Origin: a virus
Lineage: Duplodnaviria; Caudoviricetes
Direction: 5' to 3' (one strand)
Length of the DNA stretch: 29,923 bases
IMG/VR virus record: IMGVR_UViG_3300023263_000008
Coordinates: 1-29,923 of that record
The notes beneath the pieces are model-generated. The model ran no database searches. It worked only from the letters and a program-made list of their open reading frames with translations, and was not told the origin of the DNA. A program made the position numbers and the translations under genes. This document shows, piece after piece, positions 8,561-15,416 of this stretch (positions are counted from its first letter, which is position 1; each line of letters begins with the position of its first letter).

Positions 8561-8919
8561 GACTTTCCCTTCTTGGTTTGAAACGGGCGCGAGCGCCACT
8601 TGCTGGGCGGCTTGGGCTCCCCGGCCCAGCGGGCGAGCACGCGCTCGCGGAACGAAAGCTCGGCCTTGGTGACCCGGCGGACCTTGGCGATGGCCGGGAT
8701 GTCGGCCGCGGCGGTACGCTCCCGGTGTTCGACCTTCGCCATCGGCACGATATGGGCCGGATCGTTGGCGGGTGGGTCGTAGTCCGTGCCGGTCCACGGG
8801 CGGAGCTTGAGCGGTGGCTCATGGTGCCATTCCACATGATCCGGGTCGAGGCCGAGGGCGATCAGCGCCGAGCGCAGCTTGACGCCGAGCGGGATGGCGC
8901 TGCGCTTTTCCTCAGTCAT
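8557..8919 (-). CDS. HNH-like protein (degenerate nuclease)
   Basis: VEWHHEPPL...ANDPAHIVPM..VEHRERT..DIPAIAKVRR resembles small alphaproteobacterial phage HNH proteins. Confidence 0.55.
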   Translation of the reverse strand: MTEEKRSAIPLGVKLRSALIALGLDPDHVEWHHEPPLKLRPWTGTDYDPPANDPAHIVPMAKVEHRERTAAADIPAIAKVRRVTKAELSFRERVLARWAGEPKPPSKWRSRPFQTKKGKS

Positions 8920-9136
8920 GGCGAGGCTCGAACCGGATGGCGTCCATGAAATCGAGCAGCGCGATGTTGGCGGCGTTGACCGCCGCAGTCGTGGCGGCGA
9001 ACGCGTCCATGCTGTTCACGTCGGCAAACAGGTCGTTGCCGGCCTTGAGGATGGCCTGTCCAGCGTCGAGGAGGTCTTGCGCGGCTTCCTGCGCCTGATG
9101 GCTGGCCTTGAGGCGGGTGGCGAGGTCGTCGGTCAT
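8912..9136 (-). CDS. Hypothetical protein
   Basis: 74 aa, helical, coupled within the operon. Confidence 0.6.
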   Translation of the reverse strand: MTDDLATRLKASHQAQEAAQDLLDAGQAILKAGNDLFADVNSMDAFAATTAAVNAANIALLDFMDAIRFEPRHD

Positions 9137-9213
9137 GGGGACACCAGATGCTGGACGCCGAGGGCTATCCCGGCAAGGGCGAAGAGGATGAGGAGGATGT
9201 CGTCAGTCTTCAT
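9133..9213 (-). CDS. 26-aa single-TM peptide MKTDDILLILFALAGIALGVQHLVSP
   Basis: Not in the ORF track; ATG 9213, TGA overlapping the next ATG (ATGA); hydrophobic core. Confidence 0.6.
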   Translation of the reverse strand: MKTDDILLILFALAGIALGVQHLVSP

Positions 9214-9382
9214 GGCTGACGTGAGCCTCTTCTAGCTCCTCAAAGAGGCTTTCGAGGTCGCTCTCCATGTCGGCGATAGCGTGATCGCGATCATCCTCGT
9301 TGGCGCGCTCAATCTCTGCGCGAAGCTTGACGATGTCGGCCTTGATCCGGTCGATGGTGCGGGGCTTGTAGGTGTAGGTCAT
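9203..9382 (-). CDS. 59-aa acidic helical protein (MTYTYKPRTIDRIKADIVKLRAE...EELEEAHVSHED)
   Basis: Not in the ORF track; GGAGG SD and ATGA overlap with the HNH-AP2 stop. Confidence 0.65.
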   Translation of the reverse strand: MTYTYKPRTIDRIKADIVKLRAEIERANEDDRDHAIADMESDLESLFEELEEAHVSHED

Positions 9383-9909
9383 GACTGTCCTCCATTGAGT
9401 GAAGCGAACTCGCCGTGAAGCACCATCGCCTGGTGGTCATAGGCGGCAGCGGCTTCTTGTTCGCTGGCGTAAGACCCAATGCGGAAGACCTTCCGGTTGA
9501 CCGTGATGGTTGCTGCCCAGCGGTTTCGGCTAACTTTTTGCACGCCTCTGGGGCCTTGGCGTTTTCCGGGACGGTTGATTGAGTTCTGGGACGGTGTGGC
9601 TGACCGGAGATTGTCGTCCCGGTTATCGAGACGGTTGCGGGAGATGTGATCGACCTGAAGTCCAGCGGGGACGGGGCGGATCAATTTGTGCAGCATCTCG
9701 GTTATCCGCCGACCGTCTGCCGTGTTGGTAGTTCTGGCGGCATACACTCCGCAGCGGTCGTGCTTTGCGAACCATCCGAGGTTCAGGATGGACAAGGCCC
9801 GAGGACTGGCGATGGTAACGTAGCCTCGTGTGAGTTTCGTCCAAGCGTGGTCACCGCAGGCGCATATTGCTGCCGGGTCGATGGTCCCATCACGGTGGGT
9901 TCTATGCAT
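9379..9909 (-). CDS. HNH endonuclease with C-terminal AP2 DNA-binding domain
   Basis: VDHISRNRLDNRDDNLRSATPSQN (HNH_3) followed by RGV..RWAATITVNRK..IGSY..EQEAAAAYD..A..LHGEFA (AP2). Confidence 0.92.
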   Translation of the reverse strand: MHRTHRDGTIDPAAICACGDHAWTKLTRGYVTIASPRALSILNLGWFAKHDRCGVYAARTTNTADGRRITEMLHKLIRPVPAGLQVDHISRNRLDNRDDNLRSATPSQNSINRPGKRQGPRGVQKVSRNRWAATITVNRKVFRIGSYASEQEAAAAYDHQAMVLHGEFASLNGGQS

Positions 9910-10237
9910 CGACGTCCTCCCCGATCATGTCGAGCAGCGTCTCGATAGCCTCTAGTTCCGTCTTGCCGTAGGCGACGGGAATGGTCGGGACGAATGTGTG
10001 GCCGTTGTGGTCGCAGTCCATGTCGCCCTCCCATGCGGACCAGTCGCGGAACGGGCTGTCGTCGTTCTCGCGGGTCGTAAACCGGGTGCGGAGCTCGTCC
10101 ATCAGGTCGGCCCGCTTGTCGTTGAGCGTGTCCTCAGTGAGGCCGTCGAGACGGCCCTCTGCGGACCAGTCGGCCTCGATGCGGGCGAGGGCCTTGAGGT
10201 CGGCGATGATCTCTTGCGGGGTGAGGGGCGCTATCAT
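9902..10237 (-). CDS. Hypothetical acidic protein
   Basis: Start ATG 10237 from ATGA overlap; DWSA..D.D...AYGKTELEAIETL is a common small phage motif. Confidence 0.6.
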   Translation of the reverse strand: MIAPLTPQEIIADLKALARIEADWSAEGRLDGLTEDTLNDKRADLMDELRTRFTTRENDDSPFRDWSAWEGDMDCDHNGHTFVPTIPVAYGKTELEAIETLLDMIGEDVDA

Positions 10238-10422
10238 GCGAACACCCACACGATGGGTGACGCGCCGCCGCCGATCTCGGCGTAGTTGTCGGCCGCGATC
10301 TGCTCAGCGACATCGGCAACCGTGTCCTCATCGTTCTCGGCTGCGAATGCGCCCCATGTCGTCTCGACATCGGGAATGTCGGAACCGGGGAACTGGATGG
10401 TGATGGCGTGGGCGGCGTTCAT
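10234..10422 (-). CDS. Hypothetical acidic protein, first gene of leftward operon
   Basis: GGAGAG SD just downstream of the leftward promoter. Confidence 0.65.
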   Translation of the reverse strand: MNAAHAITIQFPGSDIPDVETTWGAFAAENDEDTVADVAEQIAADNYAEIGGGASPIVWVFA

Positions 10423-10449
10423 GTCGTCTCTCCGTCTTTCGATGTCCCC

Positions 10450-10478
10450 AACCTATTCACAGTACGTGACGGTGTCAA
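10450..10478 (-). promoter_or_regulatory. Leftward early promoter (PL-like)
   Basis: Minus strand TTGACA (10478-10473), 17-bp spacer, TAGGTT (10455-10450). Confidence 0.75.
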
Positions 10479-10532
10479 CAGGAAAAATCACTCGACGTGA
10501 AAAATATTTGCTTGCGTCGCCACGATGAGTGA
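10457..10532. promoter_or_regulatory. Three operators TCAC-N5-GTGA (10457-10469, 10488-10500, 10520-10532)
   Basis: TCACagtacGTGA, TCACtcgacGTGA, cCACgatgaGTGA, spaced 31-32 bp; the outer two lie in the spacers of the divergent promoters. Confidence 0.8.
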
Positions 10533-10540
10533 ATTACATG
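10512..10540 (+). promoter_or_regulatory. Rightward early promoter (PR-like)
   Basis: TTGCGT (10512-10517), 17 bp, TACATG (10535-10540), just ahead of the Cro-like ATG. Confidence 0.5.
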
Positions 10541-10546
10541 GGGAGG

Positions 10547-10762
10547 ATGCTCAAGACCATAGACGCCGTGATCGACGCTCTGGGAGGCACCTTCAAGGCC
10601 GCATCTGCGGTTGGTGTCGGGCCTTCCGCCATTTCCATGTGGAAAACGCGGGGCCGGATACCGTCCGACCGCTATTTCGTCATCCAGGACGCCCTGCGGA
10701 AGCACGGTAGCAAGGATGCCGCCAGCCCGGACCTGTTCGGTTTTGCGGAGGCGGGCAAGTGA
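10547..10762 (+). CDS. cro: Cro/YdaS-like HTH repressor
   Basis: TIDAVIDALGGTFKAASAVGVGPSAISMWKTRGRIP; first rightward gene of the divergent switch. Confidence 0.8.
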   Translation: MLKTIDAVIDALGGTFKAASAVGVGPSAISMWKTRGRIPSDRYFVIQDALRKHGSKDAASPDLFGFAEAGK

Positions 10763-10778
10763 AGAAGGAGGCGGCGCA

Positions 10779-11564
10779 ATGAGCGCGGTGGTCATCCATG
10801 AATTTCGCGCGACGGGTCGCATGAGCGACGCCGAATACGAGAGCGAGCGCCAGCGGCTCCGCGATACTTACGGCGAGACGAAGAAGGCAGCGGGCGTCCG
10901 CTGGGAACAGGAACTTGCCCTCCTGTTCTATCGGTCGGGCTGGACGCAAGAGAAACTCGCCGAGAAGGAAGGGAAGTCGCAGCGCTGGATATCCTACCAG
11001 CTTCAGTTTGGGCGGTTTCTGAATTTTAGCACACCTGTGCTAAACCAAGAAAAGCCCGCTTTTCTGCTCACCGAGGGTCGTTTTCGGGGCTTCTGGGAAA
11101 AGACCGAGGGTGACGAGCGCGACCGCTTCCGGGCGGTCGCCCGCCTGATCGAGGAGGCCAAGGTGCAACTTCGTGCCCCGCCCCGTCCTCAAATCTGGCC
11201 CGACATCTTCAAAGAGTTTGCCGATGGCAAATGGCACCGGCCGGAGGTCATCGCCAAGGAACTCGGCACCGACGCCGAGCACGTCAAGACGACCATCGAC
11301 AACCCCAGCAACCGGCACAAGAACAAGAGTGCCACGATCGAAACCCGCCGGGTCGGCAAGGACGCCAATTACGGACCCGGCATCCAGTATCGGATTTTCA
11401 GGAAGGACCGCGAGGTCAGCCTGAATGAACTCACTACGAAACTCACGCCCATTATCGAGGATCTGGAAACTCAAAGCCACAAGGCACCCGGCACCGTCTC
11501 CAACGGCGAGGTCGGCGCTTTGGCCGCGAAAATCCGTCTCATCCTCGAACAGTGGGCGGAGTAG
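10779..11564 (+). CDS. HTH DNA-binding protein (ParB/Spo0J-type HTH)
   Basis: Start revised to ATG 10779 (AAGGAGG SD); GWTQEKLAEKEGKSQRWISYQL HTH. Confidence 0.65.
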   Translation: MSAVVIHEFRATGRMSDAEYESERQRLRDTYGETKKAAGVRWEQELALLFYRSGWTQEKLAEKEGKSQRWISYQLQFGRFLNFSTPVLNQEKPAFLLTEGRFRGFWEKTEGDERDRFRAVARLIEEAKVQLRAPPRPQIWPDIFKEFADGKWHRPEVIAKELGTDAEHVKTTIDNPSNRHKNKSATIETRRVGKDANYGPGIQYRIFRKDREVSLNELTTKLTPIIEDLETQSHKAPGTVSNGEVGALAAKIRLILEQWAE

Positions 11565-11625
11565 GACCGCGTCGCTAGCGCTCGACGTTCAGTCCTTCCC
11601 TCATCTGCGCTGGAGTACTGTCACC

Positions 11626-12498
11626 ATGTTTAGTCTGGTGAAATCGGAAAGCTTGCCGTTGACCAAGGAGTTGGCCGAGAAGCATCGCTCGACCACTCCG
11701 TCGCCAACGGAGCGCGACCTCGACAAGACGAGGGTCGCATATCTGGCCGACAAAGCTGCGGCCGGAGAGTTGCTGCCCTTCCAGTGGGCGGTTGCTCGGT
11801 TGGGTGATGATGTCTACCGGATCAACGGGCATCACTCGTCCACCATGCTGTCCAGCCTGAACGGGTCGTTCCCCGAGAGGCTGACGGTCCACTTTGACGA
11901 GTTCAAGGTGGATACCTTGAACGACCTTGCCCTTCTGTTTCGGCAGTTCGACGCGCGGAAGTCTTCCCGTTCGTCGGCCGACGTCTCGGGTGCCTATCAG
12001 GGTATCCATGACGATCTGGATGGCGCTCCCAAGGACTTCGCCAAGTTGGCGGTCGAGGGCATCGCCTGGTATCAGAAGAACATCCTCGGCTCGCGCTACA
12101 AGCTGGGCGATGATCAGTACAATCTCTTCGAGGTTCAGGGGCATCACCCCTTTATCCTGTGGGTGTCTTCCATCCACTCGGTAAAGACCCCGGAGATGAA
12201 GTCCGCGCCTATTTCCGCCGCCATGTATGCGACGTTTGTCGTGAACGAGGCGGAGGCGCGTGTCTTCTGGGATGTTGTGTCTCGTGGTGGCGACATCGCC
12301 AACGACACGGCTCCGGCGACCGTGCTGGACACTTGGCTGAAGGCGATCAAGGCTAAGGAGTTCAGCAAGAAGCCGATCAAGCCGATGGAGGTGTATCAGG
12401 GCTGCATCGTGGCCTGGAACGCCTACCGGGATGGGCGCGACCTCACCACCGGCATCAAGTACAAGGTGGACAAGGGCGTCACTGACCCGACGCACTAG
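11626..12498 (+). CDS. ParB/Srx-like N-terminal domain protein
   Basis: Start revised to ATG 11626 (GGAG SD); ERDLDKTRVAYLADK..G....W....YRINGHHSSTML parallels the ParB-like R..(D/N)GxHR pattern. Confidence 0.55.
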   Translation: MFSLVKSESLPLTKELAEKHRSTTPSPTERDLDKTRVAYLADKAAAGELLPFQWAVARLGDDVYRINGHHSSTMLSSLNGSFPERLTVHFDEFKVDTLNDLALLFRQFDARKSSRSSADVSGAYQGIHDDLDGAPKDFAKLAVEGIAWYQKNILGSRYKLGDDQYNLFEVQGHHPFILWVSSIHSVKTPEMKSAPISAAMYATFVVNEAEARVFWDVVSRGGDIANDTAPATVLDTWLKAIKAKEFSKKPIKPMEVYQGCIVAWNAYRDGRDLTTGIKYKVDKGVTDPTH

Positions 12499-12506
12499 TC
12501 GAAGCG

Positions 12507-12533
12507 GGGCGGGGGAGAAATCCCTCGCCCTTT
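12507..12533 (+). terminator. GC hairpin with GAAA loop, weak terminator (tR1-like)
   Basis: GGGCGGGGGA-GAAA-TCCCTCGCCC followed by TTT. Confidence 0.5.
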
Positions 12534-12555
12534 CCGCCACAAAGGGACACCCAGA

Positions 12556-12801
12556 ATGCCTGACATCATAAGCTTCGAAGACCAGAAAGATCGCCGCGAC
12601 ATCGCGGCCATCAACAAGGACGCGGTCGACTGGGAGGTGCTCCACATCAACCTGGTGGAGGCCATCGTCCGATCCGGCCTTTCTGACACCTCGGTGGTTT
12701 CGGCTGGACTGAGGGCTATCCTCGACACCCTGACGGAGTCGGGGATGACGCTGGACGAAGCCAAGAAGCGCGTCGCATTAAGTTTGAACGCCTTTTGGTG
12801 A
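12556..12801 (+). CDS. Hypothetical protein
   Basis: 81 aa, AAGGGA SD. Confidence 0.6.
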   Translation: MPDIISFEDQKDRRDIAAINKDAVDWEVLHINLVEAIVRSGLSDTSVVSAGLRAILDTLTESGMTLDEAKKRVALSLNAFW

Positions 12802-13040
12802 ACGAAATTATGATCGCCCCCTGGCTGACATGGGTGCTGACCCTCGCCGGGGTCGTGGTCCTCGCGGTCGGCGGCTACCTCCTCGGCCGCCACCACGGCT
12901 ACACGGACGGCTTCGGCGACCGCATGCTCGGCCTGCCGGTGGACCCGCCGTGGTCGCCACCGACCGAGGCAGACTTCCTGGAGGAGCTGCACCGATCTCG
13001 CCTCAACCAGCCCCCGGAAAAGTATCGGAAAGAGCCGTGA
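12798..13040 (+). CDS. Small single-TM membrane protein
   Basis: GTGA coupling; hydrophobic LTWVLTLAGVVVLAVGGYLLG then GYTDG. Start could also be ATG 12810. Confidence 0.6.
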   Translation: MNEIMIAPWLTWVLTLAGVVVLAVGGYLLGRHHGYTDGFGDRMLGLPVDPPWSPPTEADFLEELHRSRLNQPPEKYRKEP

Positions 13041-13609
13041 GCGCCAACAAGCGTCTGGTCGACTGGACGCCGGAGCTCATCGAGCGGGTGCGCGTCTGGT
13101 GGGAGGAGGATCGCCTCTCGGCCACCGAGATCGCTTCCATGATCGGCGGCGGCGCCACCAAGAACACGGTTATCGGCAAGGCCCACCGCTGCGGCTGGCA
13201 GCATCACAGGGCCAAGAGCGGGTGGTTTAACGGCAAGCGGGTGAGGAAGGCCGGCACCCACCCGCGGAACGTCGACCGACCGAGGGCAGAGAGGCCCGCC
13301 AGGCCACCCAGGAGCGTCACCAGAGCGGCAAAACCAAAACCGGCTCCTCCGGTGCCTCCCGCTCCTGTCGCGCGTCCTGCCCCCCTCCCTGTAGTCGTTA
13401 CGGGTCCGGTACGGTTTCTCGACCTGGTGCCGGGTCAGTGCAAGTGGCCGGTGAACGATCCGCCGCGGTTCGGAGAATTTTTGTTCTGCGGCGAGCCGCA
13501 GTTCGCCGAGCGGGTGTATTGCGAGAAGCACTGCCGGATTGCCTACACCGGCACGAAGCGGCAGAAGGCGGTTTCCGGCTGGACGCCTCGTCCACAAGAA
13601 TTTCGATGA
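13037..13609 (+). CDS. gcrA: GcrA-family cell-cycle transcription regulator
   Basis: Start revised to GTG 13037. WTPE.IERVR..W....SATEIA..IGG.ATKNTVIGKAHR N-domain, Pro-rich linker, LDL..GQCKWPV.DP...F.FCG....YCEKHCRIAY C-domain. Confidence 0.9.
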   Translation: MSANKRLVDWTPELIERVRVWWEEDRLSATEIASMIGGGATKNTVIGKAHRCGWQHHRAKSGWFNGKRVRKAGTHPRNVDRPRAERPARPPRSVTRAAKPKPAPPVPPAPVARPAPLPVVVTGPVRFLDLVPGQCKWPVNDPPRFGEFLFCGEPQFAERVYCEKHCRIAYTGTKRQKAVSGWTPRPQEFR

Positions 13610-13647
13610 TCGGCCTTGCCGTAGCCGGCAAATCAGATCACCCTGTC

Positions 13648-13730
13648 GGTGCGCGTGCGAAAGCGGGTAGCTCCCGTTGGCGTATGCAGAGCCTAGCCGC
13701 GCACCCTCTCTTTCCCTGCTGCATAGGGAA
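13648..13730 (+). ncRNA. Candidate cis-regulatory structured RNA upstream of the replication gene
   Basis: Closing stem GGTGCGCG/CGCGCACC with inner hairpins; loop TATGCAG is complementary to CTGCATA in a downstream SD-sequestering hairpin TTCCCT/AGGGAA. Confidence 0.5.
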
Positions 13731-13737
13731 TTCCGTT

Positions 13738-14355
13738 TTGAAGATCACGGCAGACCTATTGCGCGAGATCGCCGACATGCCGGTTGAGGCTGTTGTTGCG
13801 ACACTGCGGCTCGTCGCCAACCAGCTCGATGCGGCCGAGGTCAGGCGGGGCAAGGACCGCGATAGAAAGCGGAAGTCACGCGGAAGTCACGCGGAATTCC
13901 ACGGGACATTTGAAAATGTCACAGTGACATCCGCGGACCCTTCCCCCCCTAAAGAAAGGTCCCCCACACCCCCTAAAGAAATAACCCCCCCCACCATGAC
14001 ATCCTCACTTCGTTCGGATGTCATACCGACGACGCGAAAACCCAAGAAAGCTACCCGCATCCCGGCAGACTTTCAGTGCGACCTCGGCGAGGCCGAGCAG
14101 TTAGGACTGTCGCGAAGGGCTGCCGAGCAAGAGGCGGCCGCGTTCGCCGACTACTGGCGAGCCAAACCCACCGACGCCACCAAGCTCGACTGGCCGGCGA
14201 CGTGGCGCAACTGGTGTCGACGCACCCTCAAGGACAGCAAGAAAGGAAACGCCAATGGCCAATTCCATTTCGAACAGGGCGTCATCGTCAAGCCTGCCGT
14301 CATCAGCGAGAGCCCAACACGGGCAGCGGGTCGCATCGCCCGAGGAGGTGGATGA
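13738..14355 (+). CDS. Phage replication initiator (O/DnaT-like)
   Basis: DRDRKRKSR, internal iterons, TRIPADF, FADYW...KLDWPATWRNWCR C-domain. Start uncertain (TTG 13738 or ATG 13606). Confidence 0.75.
   Translation: MKITADLLREIADMPVEAVVATLRLVANQLDAAEVRRGKDRDRKRKSRGSHAEFHGTFENVTVTSADPSPPKERSPTPPKEITPPTMTSSLRSDVIPTTRKPKKATRIPADFQCDLGEAEQLGLSRRAAEQEAAAFADYWRAKPTDATKLDWPATWRNWCRRTLKDSKKGNANGQFHFEQGVIVKPAVISESPTRAAGRIARGGG
13869..13990. repeat. Putative replication origin: iterons and palindrome within initiator gene
   Basis: GCGGAAGTCAC x2 plus GCGGAATTCCAC (13869-13902), palindrome ATGTCAC-A-GTGACAT (13916-13930), then CCCCCTAAAGAAA x2. Confidence 0.65.
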
Positions 14356-14698
14356 CGCCGTCAACCTGATCCTTGAGGGCTTCGGCGGCCGCTCTGCCAA
14401 CCCGGATAAGTTCAAGGCTTACGCGATGGCGCTGGAGGGTTTTCCCGTCGAGAACATAGCTCGCGGCGTCAAGGCCATCCTGCGCGGCGAGGTGGACGGC
14501 GTCGATCCGGCCTTCCCGCCCACGACGGCGCAACTGGCGAAGGCCTGTCGGCCGATAACCTTCCTAAGCCGACCGGCGGAATACTTTCAGGGCAGGCCTG
14601 AGCCCGATCCAGTGCCAAGCGAGGCGCAGAAGGCCCGCGTCGATGATCTGATCAGAGATGCGGTCGCCGCCATGACCCGCCACCGGGACGACAGGTGA
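14255..14698 (+). CDS. Hypothetical replication accessory protein (helicase-loader position)
   Basis: AAAGGA SD; Y.MALEGFP...IARG...G......FPPT.AQL...CR motif typical of genes after phage initiators. Confidence 0.6.
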   Translation: MANSISNRASSSSLPSSARAQHGQRVASPEEVDDAVNLILEGFGGRSANPDKFKAYAMALEGFPVENIARGVKAILRGEVDGVDPAFPPTTAQLAKACRPITFLSRPAEYFQGRPEPDPVPSEAQKARVDDLIRDAVAAMTRHRDDR

Positions 14699-14877
14699 TG
14701 CGCGTCCCGGCAGAGCCCTTTGACCTGGTCCGCGATCGGATGAAGTTGCCCCTCGACCAATGGCAATCCGCCATCGACGAAAAGCTCCGTCTCCGCGAAT
14801 ACGACCGCGCCGGCTATGAGCCTCTACCTGGCGTCACCCTGACCCTCGCCCGGCAGATCGAGGAGTACCGCCGCTAG
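14695..14877 (+). CDS. Hypothetical protein
   Basis: Coupled 60-aa ORF. Confidence 0.5.
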   Translation: MMRVPAEPFDLVRDRMKLPLDQWQSAIDEKLRLREYDRAGYEPLPGVTLTLARQIEEYRR

Positions 14878-15416
14878 TGGCCCGCAGCAAAGGCATCCGC
14901 CGCCGCGAGCCTTCCGGCCGCCCCTCGCGGGCCGAGGAGGACGTCGCCCCGCCGCCGACCAGCGCCAAGCGGCTCCGCGATGCTGCGATCGCCCGGATGG
15001 CCGACCCGGAATGGGGCACCGAACTCGGCCGGCTGTGGCTGGCCGGCAAGGTCACCGCCCCGCAGTACCAGGCGGGCAAGCGCTGGTGGAACGTCCGGGA
15101 AAACTATCTCGTGGCGATCGGCTCGCCCATGCCGTATCCGCCCGCGGGGATGGTCGCGGTTCTGGCTGGGCCGCCCGGCACTGCCGGCGAGGATCCACCG
15201 ATCGGCACCAAAGAGGGCCGCCGCCTTCGGGAAAAGCGCGAGCGGGCGATAGCCGAATACGTCGGGGCGGTGGCCGCCCTCGGCCATGGCGTCGACATGC
15301 TGGCAGCCTTTCGCTTGACGATGGAGCACGAGCGGGCGCCGATCGGGGCGGTGGGCCTGTCGAACCTGGGCTGGTGCCTCGAGCGCCTCGCCAGGCACTG
15401 GAGGATAGCGCAGTGA
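14877..15416 (+). CDS. Conserved alphaproteobacterial phage protein (possible late regulator)
   Basis: RREPSGR...GTELGRLWLAGKVTAPQYQAG..W...Y...L..LARHW pattern seen before late regions; function inferred from position only. Confidence 0.55.
   Translation: MARSKGIRRREPSGRPSRAEEDVAPPPTSAKRLRDAAIARMADPEWGTELGRLWLAGKVTAPQYQAGKRWWNVRENYLVAIGSPMPYPPAGMVAVLAGPPGTAGEDPPIGTKEGRRLREKRERAIAEYVGAVAALGHGVDMLAAFRLTMEHERAPIGAVGLSNLGWCLERLARHWRIAQ

Noticed and set aside
7922-8797. Extended 5' ends given by the ORF track (291-aa ERF; likewise 10611, 11425, 12830, 13438, 15011, 22507 starts)
   Set aside because: The extensions overlap real upstream genes; internal starts with SD or ATGA/GTGA coupling fit better.
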